Below, one piece after another: positions 17,202 through 27,765 of a stretch of DNA of 64,000 nucleotides. The DNA is from an uncultured Flavobacteriaceae bacterium (GTDB lineage Bacteria; Bacteroidota; Bacteroidia; Flavobacteriales; Flavobacteriaceae). The notes under the pieces are model-generated. The model was given only the letters and a program-made list of their open reading frames with translations. It ran no database searches and was not told the DNA's origin. Every line of letters begins with the position of its first letter. The first letter of the stretch is position 1. The translations under genes were made by a program, and so were the position numbers. The stretch spans positions 12,106 to 76,105 of the forward strand of contig CAXGAP010000001.1 in NCBI GenBank assembly GCA_964008075.1. The letters run 5' to 3'.

Positions 17202-17209
17202 TAAATTTG
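17202..17209 (+). promoter_or_regulatory. -7 promoter box (TAAATTTG) upstream of aroK
   Basis: Exact TAnnTTTG only 10 nt upstream of the ATG, which implies a very short leader. Confidence 0.3.
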
Positions 17210-17219
17210 CAAGCATACC

Positions 17220-17774
17220 ATGAGTGATCGCATAAATAAAGATTTGGCAGCTAATCGTCACATTGTTCTTCTCGGCTACATGGGCTGTGGGAAAAGCACT
17301 GCTGGGCGACTTTTGGCAGAACAGTTAGAACTACCTTTTGTAGATTTAGATGAATATTTGACCAATAAACATGGTGACTCTATTCCAAATCTTTTTTTTA
17401 AAAATGGTGAAATTGGGTTTAGAAAACTCGAAAAAATATCTTTAGATGAGCTTCTTGTCAATCAAAAAGTATCTGTTCTTTCGCTAGGTGGGGGTACGCC
17501 TTGCTATGCTGATAATATGCAATCTGTTTTACAAGCAACACATAACACATTCTACCTTTCTCCCTCTGTAAATATGCTTTGCAATCGCTTGTTTCCAGTG
17601 CGAAGCAAGCGTCCAATGATTTCTCATTTGAACACAAAAAAGGATTTATTGGAATTTATTTCTAAGCATATTTTTGAAAGAAAACAATTTTATGAGCAAG
17701 CCAATCACCCCATTTATGTCCGCGACGAAAGTCCAGAGGAATTGGTTAGTAAAATCATTCAAAAATTAGGTTAA
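17220..17774 (+). CDS. aroK: shikimate kinase
   Basis: 184-aa ORF with Walker A GYMGCGKST and an LSLGGG block. Confidence 0.88.
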   Translation: MSDRINKDLAANRHIVLLGYMGCGKSTAGRLLAEQLELPFVDLDEYLTNKHGDSIPNLFFKNGEIGFRKLEKISLDELLVNQKVSVLSLGGGTPCYADNMQSVLQATHNTFYLSPSVNMLCNRLFPVRSKRPMISHLNTKKDLLEFISKHIFERKQFYEQANHPIYVRDESPEELVSKIIQKLG

Positions 17775-18269
17775 ATAACCCTCAAAAGTATTTTCTTTAG
17801 ACACAATCTCTACCTGTTCGTGTAAGCTTGTGGATAAAGAAAGTCCTTTATAGTCGGCTTTGATCGGAAATTTTTTATGATTTCGATTAATCAAAACAGC
17901 AACCTTGCACTGTCTGAGTGGCACTTCCAAAAAGTGACGAACAGCATAGATTAGAGTCGAGCCAGTATTTAAGACGTCATCAACGATAATAACTGAACAA
18001 TTTTTATAAACAGATTGATCAATGGACGTTTGTATTTCAGCATGAGGATTTTTTTTATCCACGTGAATTTGACAATCAATGACTTCTAGATCTGATATAG
18101 AGCGTAAAATTTTTGCAATTGATTCACCGACTCGATTGCCATTGGTCATCACCCCAGCGATGATAACTTTATCTTCTTTTGTGTTATCCTCATAAATTTG
18201 GTAAGCAATCCTGCGAATACTAAGTTCTGCTTGTCTGGACGTTAAGATGCAGTCATTATACATACTCAA
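17766..18269 (-). CDS. phosphoribosyltransferase-family protein (PyrR-like)
   Basis: 167-aa ORF with the PRPP-binding motif VIIVDDVLNTGSTL. Confidence 0.75.
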   Translation of the reverse strand: MSMYNDCILTSRQAELSIRRIAYQIYEDNTKEDKVIIAGVMTNGNRVGESIAKILRSISDLEVIDCQIHVDKKNPHAEIQTSIDQSVYKNCSVIIVDDVLNTGSTLIYAVRHFLEVPLRQCKVAVLINRNHKKFPIKADYKGLSLSTSLHEQVEIVSKENTFEGYLT

Positions 18270-18275
18270 ATATAA

Positions 18276-18662
18276 TCATTCATCAGGATCAATCGTACCA
18301 CTTTCTTTAAAATCCATCAGGTCTCTGCGATTTTTTTTATTTGGTCTTCCACCAGTCTCAAGTCTGTTGTTGGATTGATGCATGGCAATTTCAGCCCTTG
18401 CTTTTTGAACGTCCTCTGGTGTAATATCTTTTGCATATCTCTCGACTAGCTTGGCGCCCACTCTAGATTTTGGAATGTCTATAACTACGATGGTAAACTC
18501 CATTTGATTTTTTCGAACCACAAGTTTCTCGGCCCCAAAAACTTCCCTTGAGGGTTTCGCAATTGCCTCGTCGATGCGTACATGCCCTTTCTTACAAGCG
18601 ATGGATGCTTCATTTCTCGATTTGTAAAATCGAATGGCCCACAGATATTTATCTATTCGCAA
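18276..18662 (-). CDS. S4-domain RNA-binding protein (Hsp15-like)
   Basis: 128-aa ORF with a TTG start and an RIDKYLWAIRFYKSR S4 motif. Confidence 0.75.
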   Translation of the reverse strand: MRIDKYLWAIRFYKSRNEASIACKKGHVRIDEAIAKPSREVFGAEKLVVRKNQMEFTIVVIDIPKSRVGAKLVERYAKDITPEDVQKARAEIAMHQSNNRLETGGRPNKKNRRDLMDFKESGTIDPDE

Positions 18663-18734
18663 AAGAAATGTTAATTATTGATTTTACTGACCAAAAATAC
18701 AAGAAAATCGTATCTTGCAATACTATTTTTTTAG

Positions 18735-19625
18735 ATGAAAAATTACTATACTTTTTTTCTTTTTGCATTGTCATTCTTGTTCATACAATGCGATGAAACC
18801 AGAAATACATTTGTTACTCCTTTACGTGATTATTATGAACAGCGAACAGCTGACAATGATTCTATTATTTCTTTTCTGCAAAGTCACTACTACAACTATG
18901 ATGACTATGCCAATGTAGCATCAACCGAACATGTAGAGTTTACAATTGACTCGTTGACAAATAACCCTGATAAAACCCCAATGATCGATCAAGTGGTAGA
19001 GCAGGAGGTCAAAATCAAAGATGAAGATGGTAATTATATTTCCCACATCATGTATGTTATTCCAGATGTAAGGCAAGGCGTTGGTGAGTCACCTAGTTTT
19101 GCTGATGATGTATACGTTACATATAAGGGAATGTTTTTGGATGGTTATTCTTTTGACGGTAATGATCAACCTACATGGTTTTCGGGATTGAGCACTGTTC
19201 GGGGTTTTTATGAATTACTACCTCATATCGAGAGAAGTACATGGTATGTTGACGCTAATGGAAATGTTACATTCGATGGTTTTGGTACTGCAGTTGTGAT
19301 CATGCCCTCTGCTTTGGGTTATTATGGCAGTTCATCAGCTCCGAGGATGTACGCTCCTTTGATTTTTGCTGTCGAGCTATACACATTTAAGACTGCTGAT
19401 CACGATGGGGATTCTATTCCAACTGTTGACGAAGATATTGATGGAAATCATCACTTTTCTGATGACGTTGACGACACTGATGGTGATGGTACGCCCAATT
19501 ATCTAGATACTGACGATGACGGGGATGGGATACTTACAATTGATGAGTATGATGTCGATGATGATGGCATTCCTGATGATAGCAATGACGATGGTACGCC
19601 AAACTATTTAGACTCCAATTCTTAA
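18735..19625 (+). CDS. lipoprotein with FKBP-like core and C-terminal thrombospondin type-3-like Ca-binding repeats
   Basis: 296-aa ORF with a lipobox (LFIQC), an FKBP-like end block (YAPLIFAVELY) and repeated DxDxDGxPNYLD motifs. Confidence 0.55.
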   Translation: MKNYYTFFLFALSFLFIQCDETRNTFVTPLRDYYEQRTADNDSIISFLQSHYYNYDDYANVASTEHVEFTIDSLTNNPDKTPMIDQVVEQEVKIKDEDGNYISHIMYVIPDVRQGVGESPSFADDVYVTYKGMFLDGYSFDGNDQPTWFSGLSTVRGFYELLPHIERSTWYVDANGNVTFDGFGTAVVIMPSALGYYGSSSAPRMYAPLIFAVELYTFKTADHDGDSIPTVDEDIDGNHHFSDDVDDTDGDGTPNYLDTDDDGDGILTIDEYDVDDDGIPDDSNDDGTPNYLDSNS

Positions 19626-19629
19626 TTTC

Positions 19630-20607
19630 TTACTTTTTTCTTGTTACAACACGATTTGCAGCACTGACAATTGCGTTGGCATTAAGGCCATATTTATCCA
19701 TTAGTTGAGCAGGTGTACCAGACTCACCAAAAGTATCTTGCGTCGCAACGAACTCTTGAGGGGTTGGGTGGTGCATCGCGAGTGTTCTTGAGATACTTTC
19801 ACCAAGACCGCCCAAAAAGTTATGTTCTTCACAGCTTACAACTGCACCTGTTTTTTTAGCGGACTCGATGACGAGTTTTTCGTCCAAAGGTTTGATGGTG
19901 TGTATGTCAATAATTTCGGCCGAAATCCCTTGTTCGTGCAAAGCTTTTGCAGCTTCCAACGCTTCCCAAACCAGGTGCCCTGTGGCAATAATACTCACAT
20001 CTTTTCCTGGCGATAGCACCAGTCCTTCTCCAACAGTGAATGATTGATTCTCATCTGTAAAATTGGGAACCTTAGGCCTTCCAAATCGTAGATAAACAGG
20101 TCCATTATAGTCGGCGATAGCAATGGTTGCTGTTTTGGTTTGATTGTAATCACAAGTGTTGATGACTGTCATGCCTGGCAGCATTTTCATCAAGCCAATA
20201 TCCTCAAGGATTTGATGGGTTGCTCCATCCTCACCCAAAGTCACACCAGCATGAGATGCACAAATTTTTACGTTTTTATGCGAATAGGCGATCGATTGTC
20301 GAATTTGATCATAGACACGTCCAGTTGAGAAATTGGCAAAGGTCCCTGTAAATGGAATTTTACCTCCAATGGTGAGCCCTGCTGCGATTCCCATCATATT
20401 TGCTTCTGCTATTCCAATTTGGAAAAATCGTTCGGGATGGTTGTTTTGAAACGCATTCATTTTCAATGAGCCTGTTAAATCTGCACAGAGCGCAACAACA
20501 TTTTTATTGGAATGACCTAGTTCGGTCAACCCATCACCAAAGCCAGAGCGTGTGTCAATTTTTTCTGTAAAAGTATATGTCTTCATATGGTCAAGTTCAG
20601 TAGTCAC
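19630..20607 (-). CDS. transketolase, C-terminal (pyrimidine-binding) subunit
   Basis: 325-aa ORF with IAEANMMGIAAG and the typical split-transketolase arrangement. Confidence 0.88.
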   Translation of the reverse strand: MTTELDHMKTYTFTEKIDTRSGFGDGLTELGHSNKNVVALCADLTGSLKMNAFQNNHPERFFQIGIAEANMMGIAAGLTIGGKIPFTGTFANFSTGRVYDQIRQSIAYSHKNVKICASHAGVTLGEDGATHQILEDIGLMKMLPGMTVINTCDYNQTKTATIAIADYNGPVYLRFGRPKVPNFTDENQSFTVGEGLVLSPGKDVSIIATGHLVWEALEAAKALHEQGISAEIIDIHTIKPLDEKLVIESAKKTGAVVSCEEHNFLGGLGESISRTLAMHHPTPQEFVATQDTFGESGTPAQLMDKYGLNANAIVSAANRVVTRKK

Positions 20608-21442
20608 CTAGTGTTTCAGGATTTTGCTCAAGAGCTGTAGATAGCTGCTCATCATTGGGCGCTTTTCCATGCCAAGCGTGCGTATGCATCATAAAGTCAA
20701 CTCCATTGCCCATTTCTGTATGCAATAATACACAAATAGGTTTTCCACTATTTGTTTCTTTTTTAGCTTGATTCAAACCATCAATAATCGATGATATATC
20801 ATTTCCATTTTTGATGGTAATAACTTTCCAACCAAATGCCTGAAACTTTTCTTGTATATCGCCCATGTTGAGAACATCATCTGTGCTGCCGTCAATTTGC
20901 TTGCCATTGACATCAATGGTCGCAATGAGGTTGTCAACTCCCTTCGAACCTGCATACATGATTGCTTCCCAATTTTGGCCTTCTTGCAGTTCACCATCGC
21001 CATGCAAACTGTATATCAAGCAATTGTCTTGGTTGAGTTTTTTTGCTGCTGCTGCACCTAGGGCAACTGACATTCCTTGTCCCAATGATCCAGATGCAAT
21101 TCTTACGCCTGGTAGTTTCTCGTGGGTGGTTGGGTGCCCTTGTAAACGAGAGTCCAACAGTCGAAAGGTTTGAAGTTCCTGAACTGGAAAAAATCCACTT
21201 CTTGCAAGAACGCTGTAGTACACTGGTGAAATGTGACCATTGGACAAAAAAAATAAATCCTCTCCAACACCATCCATTTCAAAATCAGTTTTATAGTTCA
21301 TGATTTCCATGAATAAAACCACAAAAAATTCGGCACATCCTAGTGATCCACCGGGGTGTCCAGAATTTACGTTGTGCACCATTCTTAGGATATCTCTCCT
21401 GACTTGTTGCACAGTATTTCCGAGTTGTTGTATTGTGTTCAT
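20597..21442 (-). CDS. transketolase, N-terminal (TPP-binding) subunit
   Basis: GHPGGSLG and GDGELQEGQNWEA motifs. Start trimmed from 21487 to MNTIQQ. Confidence 0.88.
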   Translation of the reverse strand: MNTIQQLGNTVQQVRRDILRMVHNVNSGHPGGSLGCAEFFVVLFMEIMNYKTDFEMDGVGEDLFFLSNGHISPVYYSVLARSGFFPVQELQTFRLLDSRLQGHPTTHEKLPGVRIASGSLGQGMSVALGAAAAKKLNQDNCLIYSLHGDGELQEGQNWEAIMYAGSKGVDNLIATIDVNGKQIDGSTDDVLNMGDIQEKFQAFGWKVITIKNGNDISSIIDGLNQAKKETNSGKPICVLLHTEMGNGVDFMMHTHAWHGKAPNDEQLSTALEQNPETLGDY

Positions 21443-21570
21443 GCAGCTGTGAATATGAACTGTAAAAATAAGGTAACAGAGGGGCATACAAAAGAGACTT
21501 AGTCATTATTTTTACTTAAAAATCAACATTTTGTTAAGAACAAAGATTTGCTCAGTTGCGATGATTATCT

Positions 21571-22710
21571 TTGCAAGCTGTGAAATTTACTTGTCAACAT
21601 ACGGATACAGGGTCAAAGGCACGTGCAGGCACCATTACAACAGATCATGGCCAAATTGAAACGCCCGTTTTTATGCCTGTTGGAACACAAGCTTCTGTCA
21701 AAGGTATTCATCAAAAAGATTTGAAACAGGAGATCAATCCTGACATTATTTTGGCAAATACCTATCACTTGTATTTAAGACCTTCTGTAGATATATTGGA
21801 GCAAGCAGGCGGCATTCATAAATTTATGAATTGGGATCGAAACCTGCTAACCGATAGTGGAGGGTACCAAGTCTATTCTCTAGCTGCCAACAGAAAAATA
21901 GAAGAGGATGGTGTTCGGTTCAAGTCACATATAGATGGATCATCTCACTTTTTTACCCCCGAAAAGGCAATTGACATCCAACGATCGATAGGGGCCGATA
22001 TCATAATGGCGTTTGACGAATGTCCGCCACACCCTTGTGATTACAGCTATGCTAAAAGCTCGATGTCACTCACACACCGATGGCTTGATCGATGTATTCA
22101 ACAGATGAATAACACTGATCCAAAGTATGGGCATAATCAATCATTATTTCCGATTGTGCAGGGGAGTACCTACAAAGATTTGCGAGTGGAGTCAGCAAAA
22201 TACATCAACGATGTAGATGCACCTGGGAATGCCATTGGTGGTCTTTCTGTTGGAGAACCAGCAGAGGAGATGTATGCCATGGCAGATGAGGTTTGTTCCA
22301 TTCTCCCCAAAGACAAACCTCGCTATTTGATGGGTGTTGGAACACCGATTAATATTTTGGAGAATATATCCTTAGGTGTTGATATGTTTGACTGTGTGAT
22401 GCCTACTCGAAATGGAAGAAACGGGATGCTTTTTACGTCTCACGGTACAATCAATATCAAAAATAAAAAATGGGAAAATGATTACTCACTAATCGATCCC
22501 GATGGCCCAACATTTGTTGATAGGGACTATTCCAAAGCATATTTACGTCATTTGTTTGCAGCGAATGAGTTTTTAGGCAGACAAATTGCTAGTATTCATA
22601 ACTTAGGATTTTATTTGTGGTTGGCTCGCGAATCAAGAAAACGAATTTTAAGTGACGATTTTGCAGACTGGAAAAACAAAATGGTACGTCAAATGAATAA
22701 CAGATTATAA
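21571..22710 (+). CDS. tgt: tRNA-guanine transglycosylase (queuine insertion)
   Basis: 379-aa ORF with PVFMPVGTQASVKG, LTDSGGYQV and FDCVMPTRNGRNG. Start is TTG 21571 or GTG 21580. Confidence 0.92.
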   Translation: MQAVKFTCQHTDTGSKARAGTITTDHGQIETPVFMPVGTQASVKGIHQKDLKQEINPDIILANTYHLYLRPSVDILEQAGGIHKFMNWDRNLLTDSGGYQVYSLAANRKIEEDGVRFKSHIDGSSHFFTPEKAIDIQRSIGADIIMAFDECPPHPCDYSYAKSSMSLTHRWLDRCIQQMNNTDPKYGHNQSLFPIVQGSTYKDLRVESAKYINDVDAPGNAIGGLSVGEPAEEMYAMADEVCSILPKDKPRYLMGVGTPINILENISLGVDMFDCVMPTRNGRNGMLFTSHGTINIKNKKWENDYSLIDPDGPTFVDRDYSKAYLRHLFAANEFLGRQIASIHNLGFYLWLARESRKRILSDDFADWKNKMVRQMNNRL

Positions 22711-23798
22711 TGCTAAACACTCGGATTTTAGATCGTTATATCATCTACAAATATATCGTCACATTTTTGACAATGTTATTTCTTTTTATCCCCATCAGTG
22801 TTTTGGTTGACCTGTCACAAAAGATTGATAATTTCAATCAGAAAGAAGTACCAACACTAGATATTTTTTGGTATTACTACAACTTTGTTTGGCACTTTGG
22901 ATTTATTCTATTTCCCATATTTTTATTTCTGTCGGTCATATGGTTTACTTCAAAGCTTTCTTCCAACTCTGAGGTGATAGCCATACTAGGGTCAGGGATT
23001 TCGTTTTACAGATATCTACGTCCATTTTTGGTTGCTGCCTCAATCATCTCTATTGGCGCATTTGTAGCAGGGCAATTTATCGTACCAAACGCCAGTAAAA
23101 ACATCAAAGAATTTGAGTTTGAATTTTTAATATCATCAAAAAAAGATCGGCAAACACAGCTGCTTTACAAACAGATAGGGGATGGCGATTATGTTTATTT
23201 GAGTCAGTTCAATCCTACCCGTCAGTTGGGCTATAACATTAGCTATGAGAGTTTTGAGGGCAACGTGTTAACATCTAAAATATCTGCAAGAAATATCCGT
23301 TGGATTGAGGAAGATACCATCTATCGTTTAACAGACTATTTCAAGAGATCTTTTGACCCAAGTGGTGCAGAAACCATCGAGTCGAAGCCCCGTTTGGATA
23401 CAATTATGCCTTTCACTTTTGAAGATTTATCGCCTTTGGAGTACACAGCCCAAACACTCAACTTATTTGAGCTCAACGATTTTATTGCCAAAGAAAAAGA
23501 AAGTGGTAGTCCTTTTATCAATAGCCACCTCCTTGTTCGAAACAAGCGATGGTCAATTATGATCGCTGCATTTATTCTTACAATTATTGGTGTTGCTGTT
23601 TCCTCTTTTAAGAGACGTGGAGGGATTGGAATGAATTTAGCCCTTGGCGTTGTTCTCGCATTCATCTACATCTTTTTCGATAAAATATTTGAGGTTATGG
23701 TTGAAAAATCCAACTACACATCAGCACTTGCTGCATGGATTCCAAATGTAATTTTTGGGATTTTGTCTATTGTTATTTTAAGGTATGCCAAGCGATAA
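22710..23798 (+). CDS. LptF/LptG-family LPS export permease
   Basis: 362-aa polytopic membrane ORF with a YjgP/YjgQ-like layout. Confidence 0.75.
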   Translation: MLNTRILDRYIIYKYIVTFLTMLFLFIPISVLVDLSQKIDNFNQKEVPTLDIFWYYYNFVWHFGFILFPIFLFLSVIWFTSKLSSNSEVIAILGSGISFYRYLRPFLVAASIISIGAFVAGQFIVPNASKNIKEFEFEFLISSKKDRQTQLLYKQIGDGDYVYLSQFNPTRQLGYNISYESFEGNVLTSKISARNIRWIEEDTIYRLTDYFKRSFDPSGAETIESKPRLDTIMPFTFEDLSPLEYTAQTLNLFELNDFIAKEKESGSPFINSHLLVRNKRWSIMIAAFILTIIGVAVSSFKRRGGIGMNLALGVVLAFIYIFFDKIFEVMVEKSNYTSALAAWIPNVIFGILSIVILRYAKR

Positions 23799-24678
23799 AC
23801 TCAAGAGTACACTCCATTTTCATTTTATTGTATTCATTTTTGGATTCACAGCAATATTGGGAAAACTCATCTCCATTGATGCAGTATCATTGGTGTGGTA
23901 TCGTATGGTTTTGGCCACTGCTGTTGTTGCACTGTTTATGTGTGTTAAGCGCATATCTTTTGCGTTATCTACTAAAAAAATGTATGTTATGCTAACCTGT
24001 GGAGTTTTAATTGCCCTTCATTGGGTATTTTTCTTTCATGCTGTAAAAGTTTCCAATGTTTCAGTCACGCTTTCTGTCATGTCAGTAGGGGCATTGGTCA
24101 CTGCATTGGTCGAGCCCATTTTTTACAAACGATCGTTTGTTTGGTATGAAATTTTACTTGGACTGATCGTCGTTGTTGCATTGGGTTTGATTATGCAAAC
24201 AGAGTATCGTCATATTGAAGGGATGATGTTTGCGTTTATTGCCACTCTGTTGTCTGTTGCATTTACAATCATCAATGGAAAGGCTATTCATAAGTCAGAT
24301 GCAAGAGTAATGTCTGTATATCAGCTCGGAGCTGGTGCAGTTTGTATGAGCATTATCCTATTGATGCAAGGTGAATTTACAGTAGAGCTGTTTTTAATTA
24401 CCAAAATCGACATCCTTTGGATATCTATATTAGCAGTCGTTTGTACAGCATACGCCTTTGTGGTTTCCATTGATGTGATGCGTTACTTAACCCCATTTTC
24501 ATTAATGTTAGCCATTAATATGGAGCCAGTGTATGGGATTTTATTAGGCATTATTATTTTTGGATCGGATGAAAAAATGAGTCTCACATTTTACCTTGGC
24601 ACTTTACTCATACTATTATCTGTATTAACAAATGGATTTTTGAAGTTAAAAAAGAAAATGAGTACATCCACCAACTAA
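23785..24678 (+). CDS. DMT/EamA-family transporter
   Basis: 297-aa ORF with about 10 TM segments in a two-half repeat architecture. Confidence 0.65.
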   Translation: MPSDKLKSTLHFHFIVFIFGFTAILGKLISIDAVSLVWYRMVLATAVVALFMCVKRISFALSTKKMYVMLTCGVLIALHWVFFFHAVKVSNVSVTLSVMSVGALVTALVEPIFYKRSFVWYEILLGLIVVVALGLIMQTEYRHIEGMMFAFIATLLSVAFTIINGKAIHKSDARVMSVYQLGAGAVCMSIILLMQGEFTVELFLITKIDILWISILAVVCTAYAFVVSIDVMRYLTPFSLMLAINMEPVYGILLGIIIFGSDEKMSLTFYLGTLLILLSVLTNGFLKLKKKMSTSTN

Positions 24679-24688
24679 ATCAAAACAT

Positions 24689-24696
24689 TATATTTG
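24689..24696 (+). promoter_or_regulatory. -7 promoter box (TATATTTG) upstream of accA
   Basis: Exact TAnnTTTG 22 nt upstream of the ATG. Confidence 0.3.
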
Positions 24697-24718
24697 TTTA
24701 ATCAAAAGTAGATCCACT

Positions 24719-25672
24719 ATGGAATATTTGGATTTTGAGCAACCCATACAAGAGCTTGAAGAACAACTCCAAAAATGTGCTATAATAGGGGATGAGAGTG
24801 ATGTCGATGTCACCATAACCTGTCAGCAAATCGAAGAAAAACTTTTATCCACCAAAAAAGAAATCTATGGAAATCTAACGCCTTGGCAGCGTGTCCAACT
24901 ATCACGACACCCCCAGCGCCCCTATACGATGGACTACATCCATGCGCTTTCTGGTGAAACCTTTTTAGAACTGCATGGTGATCGCACTGTCAAAGACGAT
25001 AAAGCGATGGTAGGGGGATTTGGAAAAATTGGAGATCAGAGTTTTTTATTTATTGGTCAGCAAAAGGGGTTCAACACAAAAACACGCCAATATCGAAACT
25101 TTGGCATGGCCAATCCAGAGGGTTATCGCAAAGCTCTTCGTCTTATGAAATCTGCTGAAAAGTTTGGCATTCCTGTTTTATGCTTGGTTGATACGCCTGG
25201 TGCTTATCCTGGTCTTGAGGCAGAAGAGCGTGGTCAAGGAGAGGCGATTGCTCGAAACATATTGGAGATGTCTCGACTTAAAACACAAGTTTTTGTCTTG
25301 ATCATCGGCGAGGGTGCATCAGGAGGTGCTTTGGGTATAGGTGTTGGCGATCGAGTATTGATGCTCGAAAACACATGGTACTCAGTCATTTCTCCTGAGT
25401 CATGTTCATCTATTTTGTGGCGAAGCTGGGAGTATAAAGAGCAAGCAGCTGATGCGCTGAAGCTCACTGCAAAAGACATGAAACGTCTTAAAATCATTGA
25501 CACCATCATCAAAGAGCCTTTGGGAGGAGCCCATAGGGACCGAAAGCAAACTTTTTCAACTGTTCAAAGAACCATTTTGAAAGCCTTCAACGAAATCAAA
25601 GACATTCCGATAGACAAATTAGTTCTTGATCGTCAGGAGAAATTTTTTAAAATGGGTGTTTTTAAGGAATAA
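24719..25672 (+). CDS. accA: acetyl-CoA carboxylase carboxyltransferase subunit alpha
   Basis: 317-aa ORF with VDTPGAYPG and [10 protein letters not shown] motifs. Confidence 0.93.
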   Translation: MEYLDFEQPIQELEEQLQKCAIIGDESDVDVTITCQQIEEKLLSTKKEIYGNLTPWQRVQLSRHPQRPYTMDYIHALSGETFLELHGDRTVKDDKAMVGGFGKIGDQSFLFIGQQKGFNTKTRQYRNFGMANPEGYRKALRLMKSAEKFGIPVLCLVDTPGAYPGLEAEERGQGEAIARNILEMSRLKTQVFVLIIGEGASGGALGIGVGDRVLMLENTWYSVISPESCSSILWRSWEYKEQAADALKLTAKDMKRLKIIDTIIKEPLGGAHRDRKQTFSTVQRTILKAFNEIKDIPIDKLVLDRQEKFFKMGVFKE

Positions 25673-25778
25673 ACGTTTTAGATATTAACATTTATTTATT
25701 TTTTTTTAACAATAGGTCGTTCGTCTTTTTTCTCCATTCACAGCAGATAGATGTGTATTAATTACCTACATTTATAAC

Positions 25779-27296
25779 GTGGAAAAGCAAAAACCAATAT
25801 CACAACAAACGCGGCAAGGTGGTCAAATCGTTCCTTTGCAAAAAGGAAAAATTCCACCTCAAGCAATTGAGCTTGAAGAGGTAGTGCTTGGTGCTATGAT
25901 GATTGATAAAAAAGGTGTCGATACTGTCATTGACATCTTAAGTCCAGCAGCATTTTATAAGCAAGCACATCAACATATTTTTGAAGCGATTGTTCATTTG
26001 TTTTCTAATTCAAGCCCAATTGATTTGTTAACTGTTTCGACCCAATTGCGCAAAAACGATAAGTTGGAACAAATTGGGGGTGATTTTTATTTAATTCAAC
26101 TTACGCAAAAAGTATCTTCTTCAGCTCACATTGAGCATCATTCTAGAATCATTCTTCAAAAATTCATTCAGCGAAGTTTAATTAAAATTTCTAATGAAAT
26201 TATTGAGTTTGCCTACGACGATACCAAGGATGTATTTGATATGCTCGATGATGCAGAGTCCAAGCTCTATGATGTGACACAAGGGAATATCAAAAAATCT
26301 ACAGATACTGCGCAAAGCCTTGTGATACAAGCAAAAAAGAAAATTGAAGAAATTTCTAATAAAGAGGGTCTCAGCGGGGTTCCATCCGGATTTACTGATT
26401 TGGACAAGTTAACCTCTGGTTGGCAGCCGAGTGATTTGATTATCGTAGCTGCACGTCCGGGAATGGGAAAAACAGCACTGACCTTATCCATGGCTCGAAA
26501 TGTTTGTATAGACCATTCTATTCCTGTTGCTTTTTTCTCTCTCGAGATGTCTTCAGTTCAGTTGATCACACGTCTTATTTCTTCTGAGACTGGACTCTCA
26601 TCTGAAAAACTTCGTACGGGCAACCTTGCCGACCACGAATGGAAACAATTAAATGTCAAAGTAAGCTCTTTAGAAAAAGCACCTTTGTTTATCGATGACA
26701 CACCTTCATTATCGATATTTGATTTGCGTGCCAAGGCTAGGCGATTGTCATCGCAATATGGGATCAAAATCATTGTTGTAGATTATTTACAGCTGATGAC
26801 AACAGGCTTATCCAACAAATCAGGAAATCGTGAACAAGAGATATCTATGATTTCAAGAAACTTAAAGGCCTTAGCAAAAGAGCTTGACATTCCAGTTATT
26901 GCATTATCTCAGCTGTCGAGGGCTGTTGAGACAAGAGGTGGGAGCAAGCGACCTTTACTTTCAGATCTGCGTGAGTCTGGTGCTATTGAGCAAGATGCTG
27001 ATATTGTGTCGTTTATCTATCGTCCGGAGTATTACAAGATTGACGAATGGGATGACGAACAACGTACTCCTTCAGCGGGTCAAGCAGAGTTTATTGTCGC
27101 CAAACACAGAAATGGGGGCTTGGATAATGTTCGATTAAAATTTGTTGCATCCCTTGGAAAATTTGAAAACCTAGACTCTTTTGATGCTCCAGTTGAGTTT
27201 GAATCTAAAATCAACCGAGATCAAGAAGACTCACTCGATAACCCAAGAATAAGCCCTGACGATGCTTTTGAAGGCGACGATGGAGTTCCATTTTAA
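25779..27296 (+). CDS. dnaB: replicative DNA helicase
   Basis: 505-aa ORF with a GTG start, Walker A AARPGMGKTA and an SQLSR motif. No intein. Confidence 0.93.
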   Translation: MEKQKPISQQTRQGGQIVPLQKGKIPPQAIELEEVVLGAMMIDKKGVDTVIDILSPAAFYKQAHQHIFEAIVHLFSNSSPIDLLTVSTQLRKNDKLEQIGGDFYLIQLTQKVSSSAHIEHHSRIILQKFIQRSLIKISNEIIEFAYDDTKDVFDMLDDAESKLYDVTQGNIKKSTDTAQSLVIQAKKKIEEISNKEGLSGVPSGFTDLDKLTSGWQPSDLIIVAARPGMGKTALTLSMARNVCIDHSIPVAFFSLEMSSVQLITRLISSETGLSSEKLRTGNLADHEWKQLNVKVSSLEKAPLFIDDTPSLSIFDLRAKARRLSSQYGIKIIVVDYLQLMTTGLSNKSGNREQEISMISRNLKALAKELDIPVIALSQLSRAVETRGGSKRPLLSDLRESGAIEQDADIVSFIYRPEYYKIDEWDDEQRTPSAGQAEFIVAKHRNGGLDNVRLKFVASLGKFENLDSFDAPVEFESKINRDQEDSLDNPRISPDDAFEGDDGVPF

Positions 27297-27322
27297 AAAA
27301 AACACGCCGAAGCGTGTTTTTA
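27297..27322. terminator. bidirectional intrinsic terminator between dnaB (+) and rplT (-)
   Basis: AAAACACGC-CGAA-GCGTGTTTT hairpin flanked by an A-run and a T-run, so a U-tract follows the stem on both strands. Confidence 0.8.
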
Positions 27323-27345
27323 TGATCGATATTTTTAAACAAATT

Positions 27346-27690
27346 TTACTTCACTTTATCCACCACAGCTTTAAATGCTTCTGGGTGATTCATCGCGAGG
27401 TCAGCCAAAACCTTTCTGTTTAATGAGATATTGTTAGCTTTTATTTTTCCCATAAATTGAGAGTAAGACATACCATGCAAACGAGCTGCAGCGTTGATAC
27501 GAACAATCCAAAGTGAGCGAAAACTTCTTTTTTTGTTTTTTCGATCTCTGTAAGCATATACCCATGCTTTTTCAACAGCATTTTTGGCAATTGTCCACAC
27601 ATTTTTTCGACGTCCAAAGTATCCTTTGGCGTACTTCATCATCTTTTTTCTTCGAGCCTTAGAGGCTACTGCGTTTACTGATCTAGGCAT
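27346..27690 (-). CDS. rplT: 50S ribosomal protein L20
   Basis: 114-aa basic ORF with a typical L20 N-terminus ([16 protein letters not shown]). Confidence 0.95.
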   Translation of the reverse strand: MPRSVNAVASKARRKKMMKYAKGYFGRRKNVWTIAKNAVEKAWVYAYRDRKNKKRSFRSLWIVRINAAARLHGMSYSQFMGKIKANNISLNRKVLADLAMNHPEAFKAVVDKVK

Positions 27691-27765
27691 TTTAATTTAT
27701 TGTTTTTGAGGGAGGTGGCAAGTCAATGCTCTTTTTATACCAGCCTCAGGGTTATATACCAATTT

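Noticed and set aside
16824-17219. The tRNA cluster as a possible genomic-island integration site.
   Set aside because: There is no integrase, no direct repeat of a tRNA 3' end, and no compositional break that I can see. The flanking genes (merR-crt, aroK) look native.
19380-19625. Short tandem DNA repeats (GATGA/GATGG-rich) that might have been a repeat array or CRISPR-like element.
   Set aside because: They are in frame within the lipoprotein gene and encode the Asp-rich Ca-binding repeats. There is no spacer/repeat periodicity.
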